A stretch of DNA of 60,400 nucleotides, taken from NCBI GenBank assembly GCA_029260875.1, contig JAJDCL010000011.1, positions 1 through 60,400 on the forward strand, read 5' to 3'. Within the stretch, counting starts at the first letter, position 1. Each line of letters opens with the position of its first letter. The translations under genes and the position numbers were made by a program. A model generated the notes under the pieces. It had not been told where the DNA came from. It was given only the letters and a program-made list of their open reading frames with translations, and did not search any database. Shown here in pieces: positions 52,163 through 60,400 of the stretch. The stretch is from Candidatus Saccharimonadota bacterium (lineage in GTDB: Bacteria; Patescibacteriota; Saccharimonadia; Saccharimonadales; OFTM59).

Positions 52163-53680
52163 GTGCTAACAACAAACGAAAAAATTGGCCAACTAATTTA
52201 TCAGATACGACAAGACCGGCGACTTACCCAGGCCGAGTTTGCGCGCAAACTAGGTACTAGCCAATCCGCCGTCAACCGAATTGAACACGGCAAACAAAAC
52301 TTAAGCCTAGAGACACTTGGGCGTATTAGTGATGTCTTAAACAAGCCACTGATTAGCATCGCAGGGCAGTCTACCAACTTCCGCGTAGAGGGTGGCCATG
52401 AACTAAAGGGCACTGTAGAGACTAAGACCGCCAAGAACAGCGCGGTCGCACTCCTTTGCGCAAGCTTGCTTAATAAAGGCAAAACCAGGCTACTTAAAGT
52501 GCCACGCATAGAAGAAGTTAACCGCATCATAGAAGTGCTAGTAAGTATGGGCGTAAAGGTCAATTGGTTTGGTGGCAATAACCTAGAAATTAAACCGCCA
52601 GCTAAATTATCACTAGGCACTATGGATACAAACTCCGCGCGCAGGACCAGAAGTGTGATCATGTTAGCGGGACCATTAATGCACGAATTCAAAGAGTTTA
52701 AGATCCCTTATGCTGGTGGCTGCAAGCTTGGTAAACGCTCTGTTCAGGCTCACCTGTACGGATTAGAGGAGTTTGGCGTAAAAACAGATGTGCGTGTGGG
52801 CCATTACCATATGTCTGTTAAGCAAAAAACACCAGAAAAAGTGGTCATGTACGAAATGGGTGAAACGCCGATTGAAAACATATTAATGGTCGCGGCACGT
52901 CAGGCAAATACCGTTTCTATTCACCAGGCATCGTCAAACTACAATGTCCAAGACTTATGCCATTTCCTGGTAAAGCTTGGCGTCAAGATCACGGGGATTG
53001 GCAGCTCGCGACTTACTGTCACGGGCCTGGCAAATATAAACAAGACGGTCACCTATACTATTGGCGAGGATCCGGTAGATAGCATGTTCTTTATTGCTGC
53101 TGCTGTCGTAACAAATTCCGAGCTCACGGTCACGCGCTGCCCAATTGAATTTTTAGAATTAGAACTCCTAAAACTTGAGAAAATGGGGTTAAGATTCACG
53201 ACTAGCAAAGAATATCTTAGCGACAACAACCACACCAAGCTCGCTGATGTCACAATTTATAAACACGACACCTTGCTTGCCCCCGGTGACAAGATCCATC
53301 CACTGCCCTTCCCGGGCTTGCTGCCGGATAACCTTCCATTCTTTGTGGTCATCGCGGCTGCTTGTAAGGGTCGTACCCTTATACATGACTGGATGTATGA
53401 AAACCGCGCCATTTACTTTACGGAACTAAGCCGGCTGGGGGCCAATGTTGAACTTATCGATGCTCACAGAGTGTATGTAAGCGGTCCAGCTAACTTTACT
53501 AGCGCAGACGTAACTTGCCCACCAGCCTTGAGACCAGCCGCAATATTATTGATAGGCATGCTACAGGCGGATGGCACTTCCGTACTTAGAAACGTTTACT
53601 CTATAAATCGCGGATACGAAGACATAGCCGAGCGGCTTAACAAGCTAGGCGCACAAATTACCGTGGTACACGAGCTTTAA
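52163..53680 (+). CDS. murA: UDP-N-acetylglucosamine 1-carboxyvinyltransferase with an N-terminal XRE-type HTH domain fused in frame
   Basis: Residues 1-65 read IRQDRRLTQAEFARKLGTSQSAVNRIEHGKQNLSLETL (HTH_3-like). The rest is MurA: FRVEGGHELKGTV..KNSAVALLCASLL, active-site loop YAGGCKLGKRSV. GTG start. Confidence 0.8.
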   Translation: MLTTNEKIGQLIYQIRQDRRLTQAEFARKLGTSQSAVNRIEHGKQNLSLETLGRISDVLNKPLISIAGQSTNFRVEGGHELKGTVETKTAKNSAVALLCASLLNKGKTRLLKVPRIEEVNRIIEVLVSMGVKVNWFGGNNLEIKPPAKLSLGTMDTNSARRTRSVIMLAGPLMHEFKEFKIPYAGGCKLGKRSVQAHLYGLEEFGVKTDVRVGHYHMSVKQKTPEKVVMYEMGETPIENILMVAARQANTVSIHQASSNYNVQDLCHFLVKLGVKITGIGSSRLTVTGLANINKTVTYTIGEDPVDSMFFIAAAVVTNSELTVTRCPIEFLELELLKLEKMGLRFTTSKEYLSDNNHTKLADVTIYKHDTLLAPGDKIHPLPFPGLLPDNLPFFVVIAAACKGRTLIHDWMYENRAIYFTELSRLGANVELIDAHRVYVSGPANFTSADVTCPPALRPAAILLIGMLQADGTSVLRNVYSINRGYEDIAERLNKLGAQITVVHEL

Positions 53681-54000
53681 CGACGAACTTTTTTGACAGC
53701 CACAGAATCCTCGGGAGCTAGAGCGGCCATGAGCCAAATCAAAATCATGCCGACAATCGCAAACATCAACATTGCAAACAAAGTATTAAACTCAAACACA
53801 AATTGATTCTCAAAAACACGTGTCGGGAAAATGCCTCGGAATGGTTCTAGTAAAACACCGCTCATTTCATATATCCAGTTGACAAAACCATTATTTGCAT
53901 TGGCGCCGAACAGCCGTAGCACAAACCTAAGACCTAGGACTGTCTCTACGGCTGCGAAAAATATATTTAGCAAGTTGACGGCAAGAAACTTAAAGCTCAT
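53677..54000 (-). CDS. YggT-family membrane protein
   Basis: 107 aa with two hydrophobic helices flanking VNWIYEMSGVLLEPFRGIFP (YggT-like motif). Confidence 0.6.
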   Translation of the reverse strand: MSFKFLAVNLLNIFFAAVETVLGLRFVLRLFGANANNGFVNWIYEMSGVLLEPFRGIFPTRVFENQFVFEFNTLFAMLMFAIVGMILIWLMAALAPEDSVAVKKVRR

Positions 54001-54088
54001 AATCTCCTCCTTATCGCTTTATGGCCTATACCTGCAGTATACGCTCTATTATAAGCTCGTAAATAGGTTCTGTGGATAAAGCAAAAGG

Positions 54089-54097
54089 TGCTATAAT
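54089..54097 (+). promoter_or_regulatory. extended -10 promoter element (TGcTATAAT) for the tRNA-Gly/tRNA-Arg pair
   Basis: TGCTATAAT lies ~33 nt upstream of tRNA-Gly position 1. No good -35. Confidence 0.35.
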
Positions 54098-54129
54098 TAC
54101 CCCTGTTGTTGGCACTGTGCCATTGATGC

Positions 54130-54204
54130 GCGGGATTCGTATAGCGGTTAATATAAAAGTTTTCCAAACTTTGGACACCGGTTCGACTCCGGTATCCCGC
54201 ACCA
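54130..54204 (+). tRNA. tRNA-Gly(UCC), CCA encoded
   Basis: GCGGGATTCGTATAGCGGTTAATATAAAAGTTTTCCAAACTTTGGACACCGGTTCGACTCCGGTATCCCGCACCA. Anticodon loop UU-UCC-AA. Confidence 0.88.
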
Positions 54205-54281
54205 GCCCCGGTAGCTCAGCGGATTAGAGCAAGTGGGTTCTAACCATTAGGTCGGGGGTTCGAATCCCTCCCGGGGTACCA
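54205..54281 (+). tRNA. tRNA-Arg(UCU), CCA encoded
   Basis: GCCCCGGTAGCTCAGCGGATTAGAGCAAGTGGGTTCTAACCATTAGGTCGGGGGTTCGAATCCCTCCCGGGGTACCA. Anticodon loop GU-UCU-AA. Starts on the base after the tRNA-Gly CCA. Confidence 0.85.
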
Positions 54282-54290
54282 AATTTTGAA

Positions 54291-54324
54291 GTGGTCCATT
54301 GGGACCGCTTTTAAATTTGATTTT
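54291..54324 (+). terminator. rho-independent terminator after tRNA-Arg(UCU)
   Basis: GTGGTCC-ATTG-GGACCGC followed by TTTTAAATTTGATTTT. Confidence 0.6.
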
Positions 54325-54464
54325 CAGGGGATTCGAACGGGACTGCCCTGAATGACAGTCCCCGAACCTTTAGTCCTAGAAGATGCCTGGTGGCATGTTC
54401 TAGGATTGCATTAGCCAAAACTAATTTTGTTTTGGCGGCAAGGCGAGTCCCTCCTGAGGTACCA
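54325..54464 (+). repeat. tRNA-3'-end-associated structured repeat, copy 2
   Basis: Inverted-orientation copy of 28989-29127. Ends CGAGTCCCTCCTGAGGTACCA, an 18/21 match to the tRNA-Arg(UCU) 3' end CGAATCCCTCCCGGGGTACCA. Confidence 0.85.
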
Positions 54465-54717
54465 AGTCTATTATTTGAATTTCGCATCTGTAATGTACTG
54501 GCTTTTTGTTTTCAGAAACAAAACTCACAACTACTCCAAAACAGTTGCGAGCTGGCAAACTGGCATCATTGTGTCCTGGTCAATTTGAGCTATCACAAAA
54601 CCTCGCCCTCCAGTTTTAGAAGATATGAAGCAATTATTTATTTTTGGTTTTGTGTTGCCGATTTATTGGAGTTTGGGTTGTAGAAACAGGGGTAGTGTGA
54701 TAGTATTTCGGGGTTAC

Positions 54718-54792
54718 GGTGCCCGTAGTTCAATGGTAGAACGCCGCTTTGTGGAGGCGGTCACGGGAGTTCGATTCTCCTCGGGCACCCCA
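54718..54792 (+). tRNA. tRNA-His(GUG) with encoded G-1 and CCA
   Basis: G-GTGCCCGTAGTTCAATGGTAGAACGCCGCTTTGTGGAGGCGGTCACGGGAGTTCGATTCTCCTCGGGCAC-C-CCA. G-1 lies opposite C73. Anticodon loop UU-GUG-GA. Confidence 0.88.
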
Positions 54793-54806
54793 AATTATTT
54801 CAAGAC

Positions 54807-55355
54807 CTAAGTTACAATTATGCGCTCTAGTACATTACCCACAAAGTAGGCAAAAAGAGCAGCTATAACCCCAAGTATTACGGTTTCAGACACACCTCGT
54901 ATAACTGATGTCTCAGCCACACGACTCTTAAGTATCCCAATCCCCGTAAATGCAACAGTGGTCAGCAGACAAGCTAACCCGAACAAATTATCCAGGTTCA
55001 GATTAAAAACCATGTCAATCACATAGGCCAGTAAGGGCACCAATCCGATCAGTATAAAGGCGGCGTAAGTCATTAAGCCATTCATCACTGATGACGGAGA
55101 ATGTGCAGTGGACTTACCATGCTTTTCTAACAACTGTTGCTCTGATTTCGTAGAAAGATAAGAACCAACGCCCATAGAGAAGCCGTCCGCAATTAAGTTT
55201 GCAAAGCCCAGCACGAGCAGAATTTTAGCCTCAAACCCGGCACCGGTAGCGCCAGCTACAACCGCAAACGTCGTAACGGCACCATCTATACCACCGTAAA
55301 CAAATTCACTTAAGTAGTCTTCAATGTGGCGAGTTTTTTCAGGCATAATTGGCAA
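54807..55355 (-). CDS. VIT1/CCC1-family iron/manganese transporter
   Basis: YLSEFVYGGIDGAVTTFAVVAGATGA plus multiple TM helices. Confidence 0.75.
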   Translation of the reverse strand: MPIMPEKTRHIEDYLSEFVYGGIDGAVTTFAVVAGATGAGFEAKILLVLGFANLIADGFSMGVGSYLSTKSEQQLLEKHGKSTAHSPSSVMNGLMTYAAFILIGLVPLLAYVIDMVFNLNLDNLFGLACLLTTVAFTGIGILKSRVAETSVIRGVSETVILGVIAALFAYFVGNVLERIIVT

Positions 55356-55358
55356 ATC

Positions 55359-56021
55359 TCAGTATAGCATCATGACCAGTTCAGCGACTTGATTTAAAAT
55401 CATAGCCACAAACAATGGTACAAAAATATTATCAGTACCTCTGATTGATAAATTCTCTACGCAAGTAGCAATAAGGGGTAAAAGAATTAATAGCTGCCAG
55501 TAGAACTCTCTGAATACAGCGGGGCCAAAAACAACGAAACCAACCATGATCAATACCGAAAAACTTAAAAAAGTGAGGCTGCCTGCGACTGATTTTATTT
55601 CACCGAATATCTTGTAACGATTGTTTTTGCCCCAACGGTCGCCCACCACTGCAGCCATGCCGTCAGCTAGACCAAGATGCAGCATCGCCACCGCAAAAAT
55701 CCACTCTGAGGCAGCAATGCTAGCTATAAGGGCTACTGTAACCGGGAAGAGTATGTCACCAACCGTACGGCGACGTACACCATGAATCCCCTGAAAAATA
55801 TTAAGGACCCTAGACAACAAGATCACCGCTATCATCCCCATGCTAAGGATTTGTATAGTCCTAAATGACATAAACCAGGGCCAAAACGCGATAAAAGTAC
55901 CAGCAGCCACATGAACAAGCTTACGAGCTCTTTCGCCCCGCAGACGTTTTGTGCGCCATAAATATTCGGACATCACTAGCAATAAAAAAACCGGGCTTAT
56001 GCCCAAGATTACGTCAGCCAT
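55359..56021 (-). CDS. polyprenol/phytol (dolichol) kinase - CTP-transferase family membrane protein
   Basis: RKLVHVAAGTF... and LGLADGMAAVVGDRWGK in a polytopic membrane protein of 220 aa. Confidence 0.6.
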   Translation of the reverse strand: MADVILGISPVFLLLVMSEYLWRTKRLRGERARKLVHVAAGTFIAFWPWFMSFRTIQILSMGMIAVILLSRVLNIFQGIHGVRRRTVGDILFPVTVALIASIAASEWIFAVAMLHLGLADGMAAVVGDRWGKNNRYKIFGEIKSVAGSLTFLSFSVLIMVGFVVFGPAVFREFYWQLLILLPLIATCVENLSIRGTDNIFVPLFVAMILNQVAELVMMLY

Positions 56022-56064
56022 GAATTATATTGTAGCCTATGCGGATACATAAACACTAGGGATT

Positions 56065-56141
56065 TGGTCGGAATGGGCGGATTCGAACCGCCGACCTCCG
56101 CGTCCCGAACGCGGCGCGCTACCAAGCTGCGCTACACTCCG
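56065..56141 (-). tRNA. tRNA-Pro(CGG), CCA encoded
   Basis: CGGAGTGTAGCGCAGCTTGGTAGCGCGCCGCGTTCGGGACGCGGAGGTCGGCGGTTCGAATCCGCCCATTCCGACCA. Anticodon loop UU-CGG-GA. Confidence 0.88.
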
Positions 56142-56297
56142 TTAGATAAGCGTATTATAACAACGAATGGCTATAGACAGATGCAGATTTACACACCGCA
56201 ATAGTCAATCCATATCTTGAACAAGAACAGCGCAAGGCTGCAAAACGCTCAAAAAACTTATCAAGTAATCTATACCAGTAACTTGTAGAACCTGAGA

Positions 56298-56534
56298 TTA
56301 GATGTATATATTCTTTTTAACCTTTTCTGGGTCTAGTGGCTCACCAGTGAATGGGTTCTCGTAACTAGAAAGAGGTGGTTCATCAGGCAAAGGAAACTTG
56401 CCGACCAAGCGAAATGGCTGGGCTGGCGGTGTTTCATCGCCAAGTTCTTCCCATTCGCTTATCTTGTCAATTTCTAGCAGATCTACTGGCACCAGACCAA
56501 CTCGGTGAGGCTGAAGCCCAGGCGTTGCCAGCAC
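56298..56534 (-). CDS. hypothetical acidic/Pro-rich small protein (possibly the 3' part of a frameshifted gene)
   Basis: ORF track (GTG start). The overlapping ORF 56483-56668 on the same strand in another frame could be its N-terminal half. Confidence 0.3.
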   Translation of the reverse strand: MLATPGLQPHRVGLVPVDLLEIDKISEWEELGDETPPAQPFRLVGKFPLPDEPPLSSYENPFTGEPLDPEKVKKNIYI

Positions 56535-56801
56535 CGAACGTCAAGATGATCCGGACTGCCGAGGTCCGAAATGACAAACGTCCTGGAAATCAGTCCAGGA
56601 CGTATCATCGAATTTCTTATGCTGACGGTTGGAACGTCAATCGTTTGGTCGGGGTACTGGTACGTCAAACGAACCTATTTTAGATTCCTTACACAGCTTA
56701 CTGCTCAACTACAGCAACATCAAGACTAGGTTGGACAACCTTAATCTGTTAATCAACGATTTTACACTATCAGAACGTGCGTCTAAAATGCAGTTTTTGC
56801 T

Positions 56802-57071
56802 ATGATAAAGGCTATGGACGATATAAAGCTACCAGATTTAAGTGAGCTAAGAAGTGGTCGGAAGCGTAGCAAAAAGCTACCACCACAAACATCTGCCGAA
56901 GATACTTCAAATTGGGACGATAGAGCATTCTCTGCGCCAATTATTGAAGTAGACCGTGAGTTTCTATTCAAAGTTGAACCTACACAAGTCCCATTTAACC
57001 CCTATGAAGAACAAGAATCTGTAAAGGCTTTTCTACGGGACACAATAGCAGAAGATGATACTAACCAGTAA
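56802..57071 (+). CDS. hypothetical protein (89 aa)
   Basis: ORF track only. Confidence 0.35.
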   Translation: MIKAMDDIKLPDLSELRSGRKRSKKLPPQTSAEDTSNWDDRAFSAPIIEVDREFLFKVEPTQVPFNPYEEQESVKAFLRDTIAEDDTNQ

Positions 57072-57082
57072 TGTGTTGAACC

Positions 57083-57694
57083 TTAGTGTCCTTGTGGCAG
57101 TAAACCAGTTTCAGTCTGTACGGCTTTTTCTGCTCTAAGAACAAGTGCTGTATCAAAAGCGTTGATTAGCCCTTTGATAGCCAGACCTTCTTCATCAGTT
57201 TCTACTGGTCTTGCAGCGTCTAAAAAGTATTCAGTCGTTTGTGTCCAATAGTTGTCAGATGAGTTGCCAAAAGCGTCAAAGGCTCGCCATAGACCGTCTT
57301 CACCTTGTGTAAATACATATTCACGAGAGTCTTCGTTACTAAGCGTTACGTGTTCTTCGGAGTGCAGACCCTCATCGCCTTCTGCTCCTACGTGGTGTTT
57401 CACTATTGCAAGTTCAGGACGGAATACGGGTACTGTTGGCTCTGGTGCGTCAGGATACATAAGCTGACCTTTTTTATCGCCACCGCTATAGGCGTGTGTT
57501 CTTCGCCGTGCTTCATAATTTTCTTCATAAGAATGTACGGGAGTTACAATTCCGCCCCTAGATAAGGCAACTGAACCAAACCGCTCACGATACGTACTAG
57601 TATTAACTGACTTTTCACCGACCCTACCCACTCTTGCTTCAATGTTTGCAACTATTTCGGCTGCAAGTTCAAAATCCATTACTTTATTTGCCAT
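57083..57694 (-). CDS. hypothetical protein (203 aa)
   Basis: ORF track. No motif recognised. Confidence 0.45.
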   Translation of the reverse strand: MANKVMDFELAAEIVANIEARVGRVGEKSVNTSTYRERFGSVALSRGGIVTPVHSYEENYEARRRTHAYSGGDKKGQLMYPDAPEPTVPVFRPELAIVKHHVGAEGDEGLHSEEHVTLSNEDSREYVFTQGEDGLWRAFDAFGNSSDNYWTQTTEYFLDAARPVETDEEGLAIKGLINAFDTALVLRAEKAVQTETGLLPQGH

Positions 57695-57819
57695 ACAAAC
57701 TCCTAAGGTTAATCGGTTTCTTACCTAAAACTTGTATTTACATATAGTCCTTTTGGACAAGAATTGCAAGGTTAAGCAGAATAGTATAAAGCTATGTCTT
57801 AACTGTTAAAACTTATATA

Positions 57820-58758
57820 ATGTTGGCAATGAATAAATACATACTAGAAGTCCAACTTAATACGTCCCAAAGTATTTTGATGTTGGTAGAGGGTATTGCG
57901 CAGGAGTTTACCGTAAAAGAATATACGTTCAGGAGCGCAAGTCGGGAGTTTGATAAGCGGGCTGGTTACAGATATTACGTTAGCCGTGAAGTAGAAGCTG
58001 AAAATATGTTTGAAGCCTACGACATTTTTATGAAGCGTCTTATGAAAGTTACCGATTCAATGGCATATTTTTATTCGCAGCCTATGAGCGTTGAGTTCTG
58101 GAACTTACTCATTAAAAAAGAGGGTGACGCAGGAGCATATTTTAGTGCGCATAAACCCATACCAGCTACTTCTATGTCTGACTACGACGGAATAGATGAA
58201 AGATTGAATGACATTATAGATAAATGCGAATCAGACGAAGACCTTGAAAATAGTTTGTGGCTTTACAATAATCTCGCAAAAATAGACGGTGTTGAATATG
58301 ACCCGTCAAGCCACCAATTTGGGTTGTGCCAGTTAGTAGAATCATTGTCTGAAAAAAATGAAGTTCCTAAATGCGAAGCCTGTTCACAAAGTGGATATAT
58401 AAAAACTTCTCGCCCCGATATGAAGGCACTTCTCGGTAATGATTTATACGAAAAGCTGTATGGTGGTGGCGATATTTTAAGAAATAGGCTAGGACACGGT
58501 AGGCTTGTTGGTGGTAAGTTCCTAGACAACCAAGATGTAGAGGACACTATCTTAAAAATCACTGAAAGATTAAATACAAAATACAGCGTAGAAAACAAAG
58601 TGACATCTTTAATGACCGATAGAATTATAGGAACTATGCGCTGGAACGGCACAACTTACGGCATAGAGCATAACTCTATGGGCTTAGAAGAATGTTTGGA
58701 TATACAGTTTGACGATAATCGTAGGCACGTTCAAAAACCAATCGTTAAAGGCTGGTAA
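57820..58758 (+). CDS. hypothetical protein with a HEPN-type R-N-x3-H motif
   Basis: 312 aa. GGGDILRNRLGHGRL contains RNxxxH in a predicted helical C-terminal half. Nothing else recognised. Confidence 0.45.
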   Translation: MLAMNKYILEVQLNTSQSILMLVEGIAQEFTVKEYTFRSASREFDKRAGYRYYVSREVEAENMFEAYDIFMKRLMKVTDSMAYFYSQPMSVEFWNLLIKKEGDAGAYFSAHKPIPATSMSDYDGIDERLNDIIDKCESDEDLENSLWLYNNLAKIDGVEYDPSSHQFGLCQLVESLSEKNEVPKCEACSQSGYIKTSRPDMKALLGNDLYEKLYGGGDILRNRLGHGRLVGGKFLDNQDVEDTILKITERLNTKYSVENKVTSLMTDRIIGTMRWNGTTYGIEHNSMGLEECLDIQFDDNRRHVQKPIVKGW

Positions 58759-58768
58759 TAGTTAACTG

Positions 58769-59239
58769 TCATATAGCTGACTGATGAATTGCACTCTTGC
58801 CTTCTGTTCCTAGTGGACTACTAAACCTACTGCGCCAACTCTGGGTGTCTAATGCTGGTACGGGTCGCTTATGTAATAGCTGGTTAAAGTCTGCTCTAGC
58901 TTGCTTAACAACGTCTTCTATTATTATATCCGTCAGATGAAGCTGTGGACTTAGTAGCACTTGCACATACTGCCCGACTTGGTAGTTATCGTAAATGTTG
59001 TAGTACAAGTCAGCCTGAAAGATGTATAAGCCTTGCTTCAAATAGTCTTCGTCTTCAATACGGAAGTTACCACCTATATTAGTTATGAATAAATACCGTA
59101 AATTGGTATTAGTCAGTAAGCCACCACGCAGCCAAGAAGCCACTACTGGCTTATATTCGTAGATGAAATCGCCTACTTTGTAGCTTTCCACAATAGACGG
59201 ACTGACGTGCTGGTCTTGGTAGAGAAACTTATATTTCAT
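58769..59239 (-). CDS. hypothetical protein (156 aa)
   Basis: ORF track. No motif recognised. Confidence 0.45.
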   Translation of the reverse strand: MKYKFLYQDQHVSPSIVESYKVGDFIYEYKPVVASWLRGGLLTNTNLRYLFITNIGGNFRIEDEDYLKQGLYIFQADLYYNIYDNYQVGQYVQVLLSPQLHLTDIIIEDVVKQARADFNQLLHKRPVPALDTQSWRSRFSSPLGTEGKSAIHQSAI

Positions 59240-59357
59240 TACTTCTAATTATAAAGAAAATAGTTTTTTCAAAACTTGACCATTATTTAACCGAAGGGCA
59301 TTTTTTATTGTCTTATTCGTTGTACACTATTGTTATTAAAAGGTATATATAACTTCT

Positions 59358-59534
59358 ATGGAAAAATTGCCACAATTCCTTACTCTTAAGCAAGCGTCAG
59401 AGCTGCTTCAAGTCCACCCAAACACATTACGCAACTGGGACAAGAAGGGGGTGTTAAAAGCCACCAGAATAGGTCTAAGGGGCATTAGGCGGTACAAGCG
59501 AGAAGTACTATTAAAGTATATGGAGCAAAAATAA
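59358..59534 (+). CDS. MerR/excisionase-type HTH protein (58 aa)
   Basis: My own translation MEKLPQFLTLKQASELLQVHPNTLRNWDKKGVLKATRIGLRGIRRYKREVLLKYMEQK*. The stop overlaps the next ATG (TAATG). Below the ORF-track cut-off. Confidence 0.6.
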   Translation: MEKLPQFLTLKQASELLQVHPNTLRNWDKKGVLKATRIGLRGIRRYKREVLLKYMEQK

Positions 59535-60319
59535 TGGCAACTGACCCAAACACAGTAAAAGGCTATAACGAAAACGCAGAAGCGTACAATAATCACGCTT
59601 CAGACCCGACCGACAGTATCTTTCACTCCTACTATGAGAAACCCGCTATTCGTGCTGAACTTCCTAAACTAGAAGGTCTTGAAGTGGTAAGTATTGGTTG
59701 TGGCAGTGGTGTAGATACTCGTTGGCTTGCAGACAATGGCGCAAAAAAAGTTGTCGGCGTAGATATTTCGGAAGGCTTGTTAAAAATCGCCAAAGCCAAC
59801 AACCCAGATATTGAGTACCACGAAATGGATATGGAACACCTAGACTTTCCTGACGAAAGTTTTGATTTAGCGTATTCCAGCTTAGCCATTCACTATGTTG
59901 ACGACTGGACTAAATCATTAAAGGAAGCATACAGAGTGCTGCGCAGTGGTGGTGCATATATATTTTCCTGTGGACACCCGATAGATACTGCTATGGAATA
60001 TGCAGTAGAAGATGATACAAAATATGCAAGGTTAGGCAGAATGGTTGACCAAGTAACTCAAAAACGAACTACTTTTGGTGATTATCTTGCTAATGAAGGT
60101 AAAGGCGTAAAACCAGTCGGTGGCACACTTGGCACTATTGACGTTATTGTTTATCACCGTACTTTTGGCAAGATGATTGAAGAAGTATTAACATCAGGCT
60201 TTAGCATTGAACGAGTCGTAGAACCGCAACCAACAACTGAAATGCAACAAGCGAATCCAGATATGTTTGAGCAGTTATCAAGGATACCCACCTTTATGAT
60301 TTGGGTTCTAAGAAAATAG
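59534..60319 (+). CDS. class I SAM-dependent methyltransferase
   Basis: Motif I VVSIGCGSGVDTRWLA, motif II-like FDLAYSSLAIHYV, and GGAYIFS. Confidence 0.75.
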   Translation: MATDPNTVKGYNENAEAYNNHASDPTDSIFHSYYEKPAIRAELPKLEGLEVVSIGCGSGVDTRWLADNGAKKVVGVDISEGLLKIAKANNPDIEYHEMDMEHLDFPDESFDLAYSSLAIHYVDDWTKSLKEAYRVLRSGGAYIFSCGHPIDTAMEYAVEDDTKYARLGRMVDQVTQKRTTFGDYLANEGKGVKPVGGTLGTIDVIVYHRTFGKMIEEVLTSGFSIERVVEPQPTTEMQQANPDMFEQLSRIPTFMIWVLRK

Positions 60320-60320
60320 T

Positions 60321-60400
60321 ATGAAAATCCTTATTATTGAAGGTGTTGCCACAAGTGGTAAGTCCACACTTACGGAAGCTATCGTTAAGTTATTAAATGG
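60321..60400 (+). CDS. P-loop kinase/NTPase, 5' fragment (runs off the window)
   Basis: MKILIIEGVATSGKSTLTEAIVKLLN... Walker A sits at the N-terminus, as in nucleoside/nucleotide kinases. Confidence 0.5.
   Translation, partial: MKILIIEGVATSGKSTLTEAIVKLLN

Noticed and set aside
56298-56668. Two overlapping same-strand ORFs (61 aa and 78 aa) as one frameshifted gene
   Set aside because: This is plausible, since the frames switch near 56520-56540. However, neither half has a recognisable motif to confirm continuity. Only the longer 3' ORF was kept, at low confidence.

Overview
This is 60.4 kb of a gene-dense, small-genome-style bacterial chromosome. The content includes a lamin-tail-domain protein with RNPETNRCR repeats, a DUF348/G5 wall hydrolase, a tpiA-pgk-pyk block, folate one-carbon genes, mur genes, many short membrane or hypothetical ORFs, and disrupted purD and folA. 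This suggests a Patescibacteria/CPR (Saccharibacteria-like) lineage using the standard genetic code; that placement is inference only. I call about 70 CDS, 7 tRNAs (Glu-UUC, Lys-CUU, Arg-UCG, Gly-UCC, Arg-UCU, His-GUG, Pro-CGG) and one tmRNA. I found no rRNA and no CRISPR array. Accessory content: (1) An ~11.5 kb putative integrated element starts at the 3' end of tRNA-Arg(UCG). It carries a large serine recombinase whose ORF reads into the tRNA antisense, a P-loop replication-like gene and small phage-like ORFs. A 26-bp near-perfect inverted repeat brackets 9.6 kb of its cargo. (2) That cargo is the most interesting part of the window. A TrpR-family repressor with a CTAG-palindrome operator and a terminator/attenuator heads an operon of a rifampicin-phosphotransferase-architecture dikinase, a histidine phosphatase and TrpRS. 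The operon is divergent from an AbiEii/MenT-type nucleotidyltransferase that has no adjacent antitoxin and is fused to a WYL-like domain and a zinc-finger tail. A 2H phosphoesterase follows. I propose these genes form a candidate tRNA-3'-end toxin/defence module. (3) A ~135-nt highly structured repeat occurs twice, each time just downstream of a tRNA and ending in a decayed copy of that tRNA's 3' end. (4) A minimal IS200-like/RayT Y1-transposase unit sits between identical hairpins, with a third solo hairpin nearby. (5) A HEPN-motif protein lies in a block of hypothetical genes near tRNA-Pro. All homology statements come from motif recognition by eye; no searches were run.
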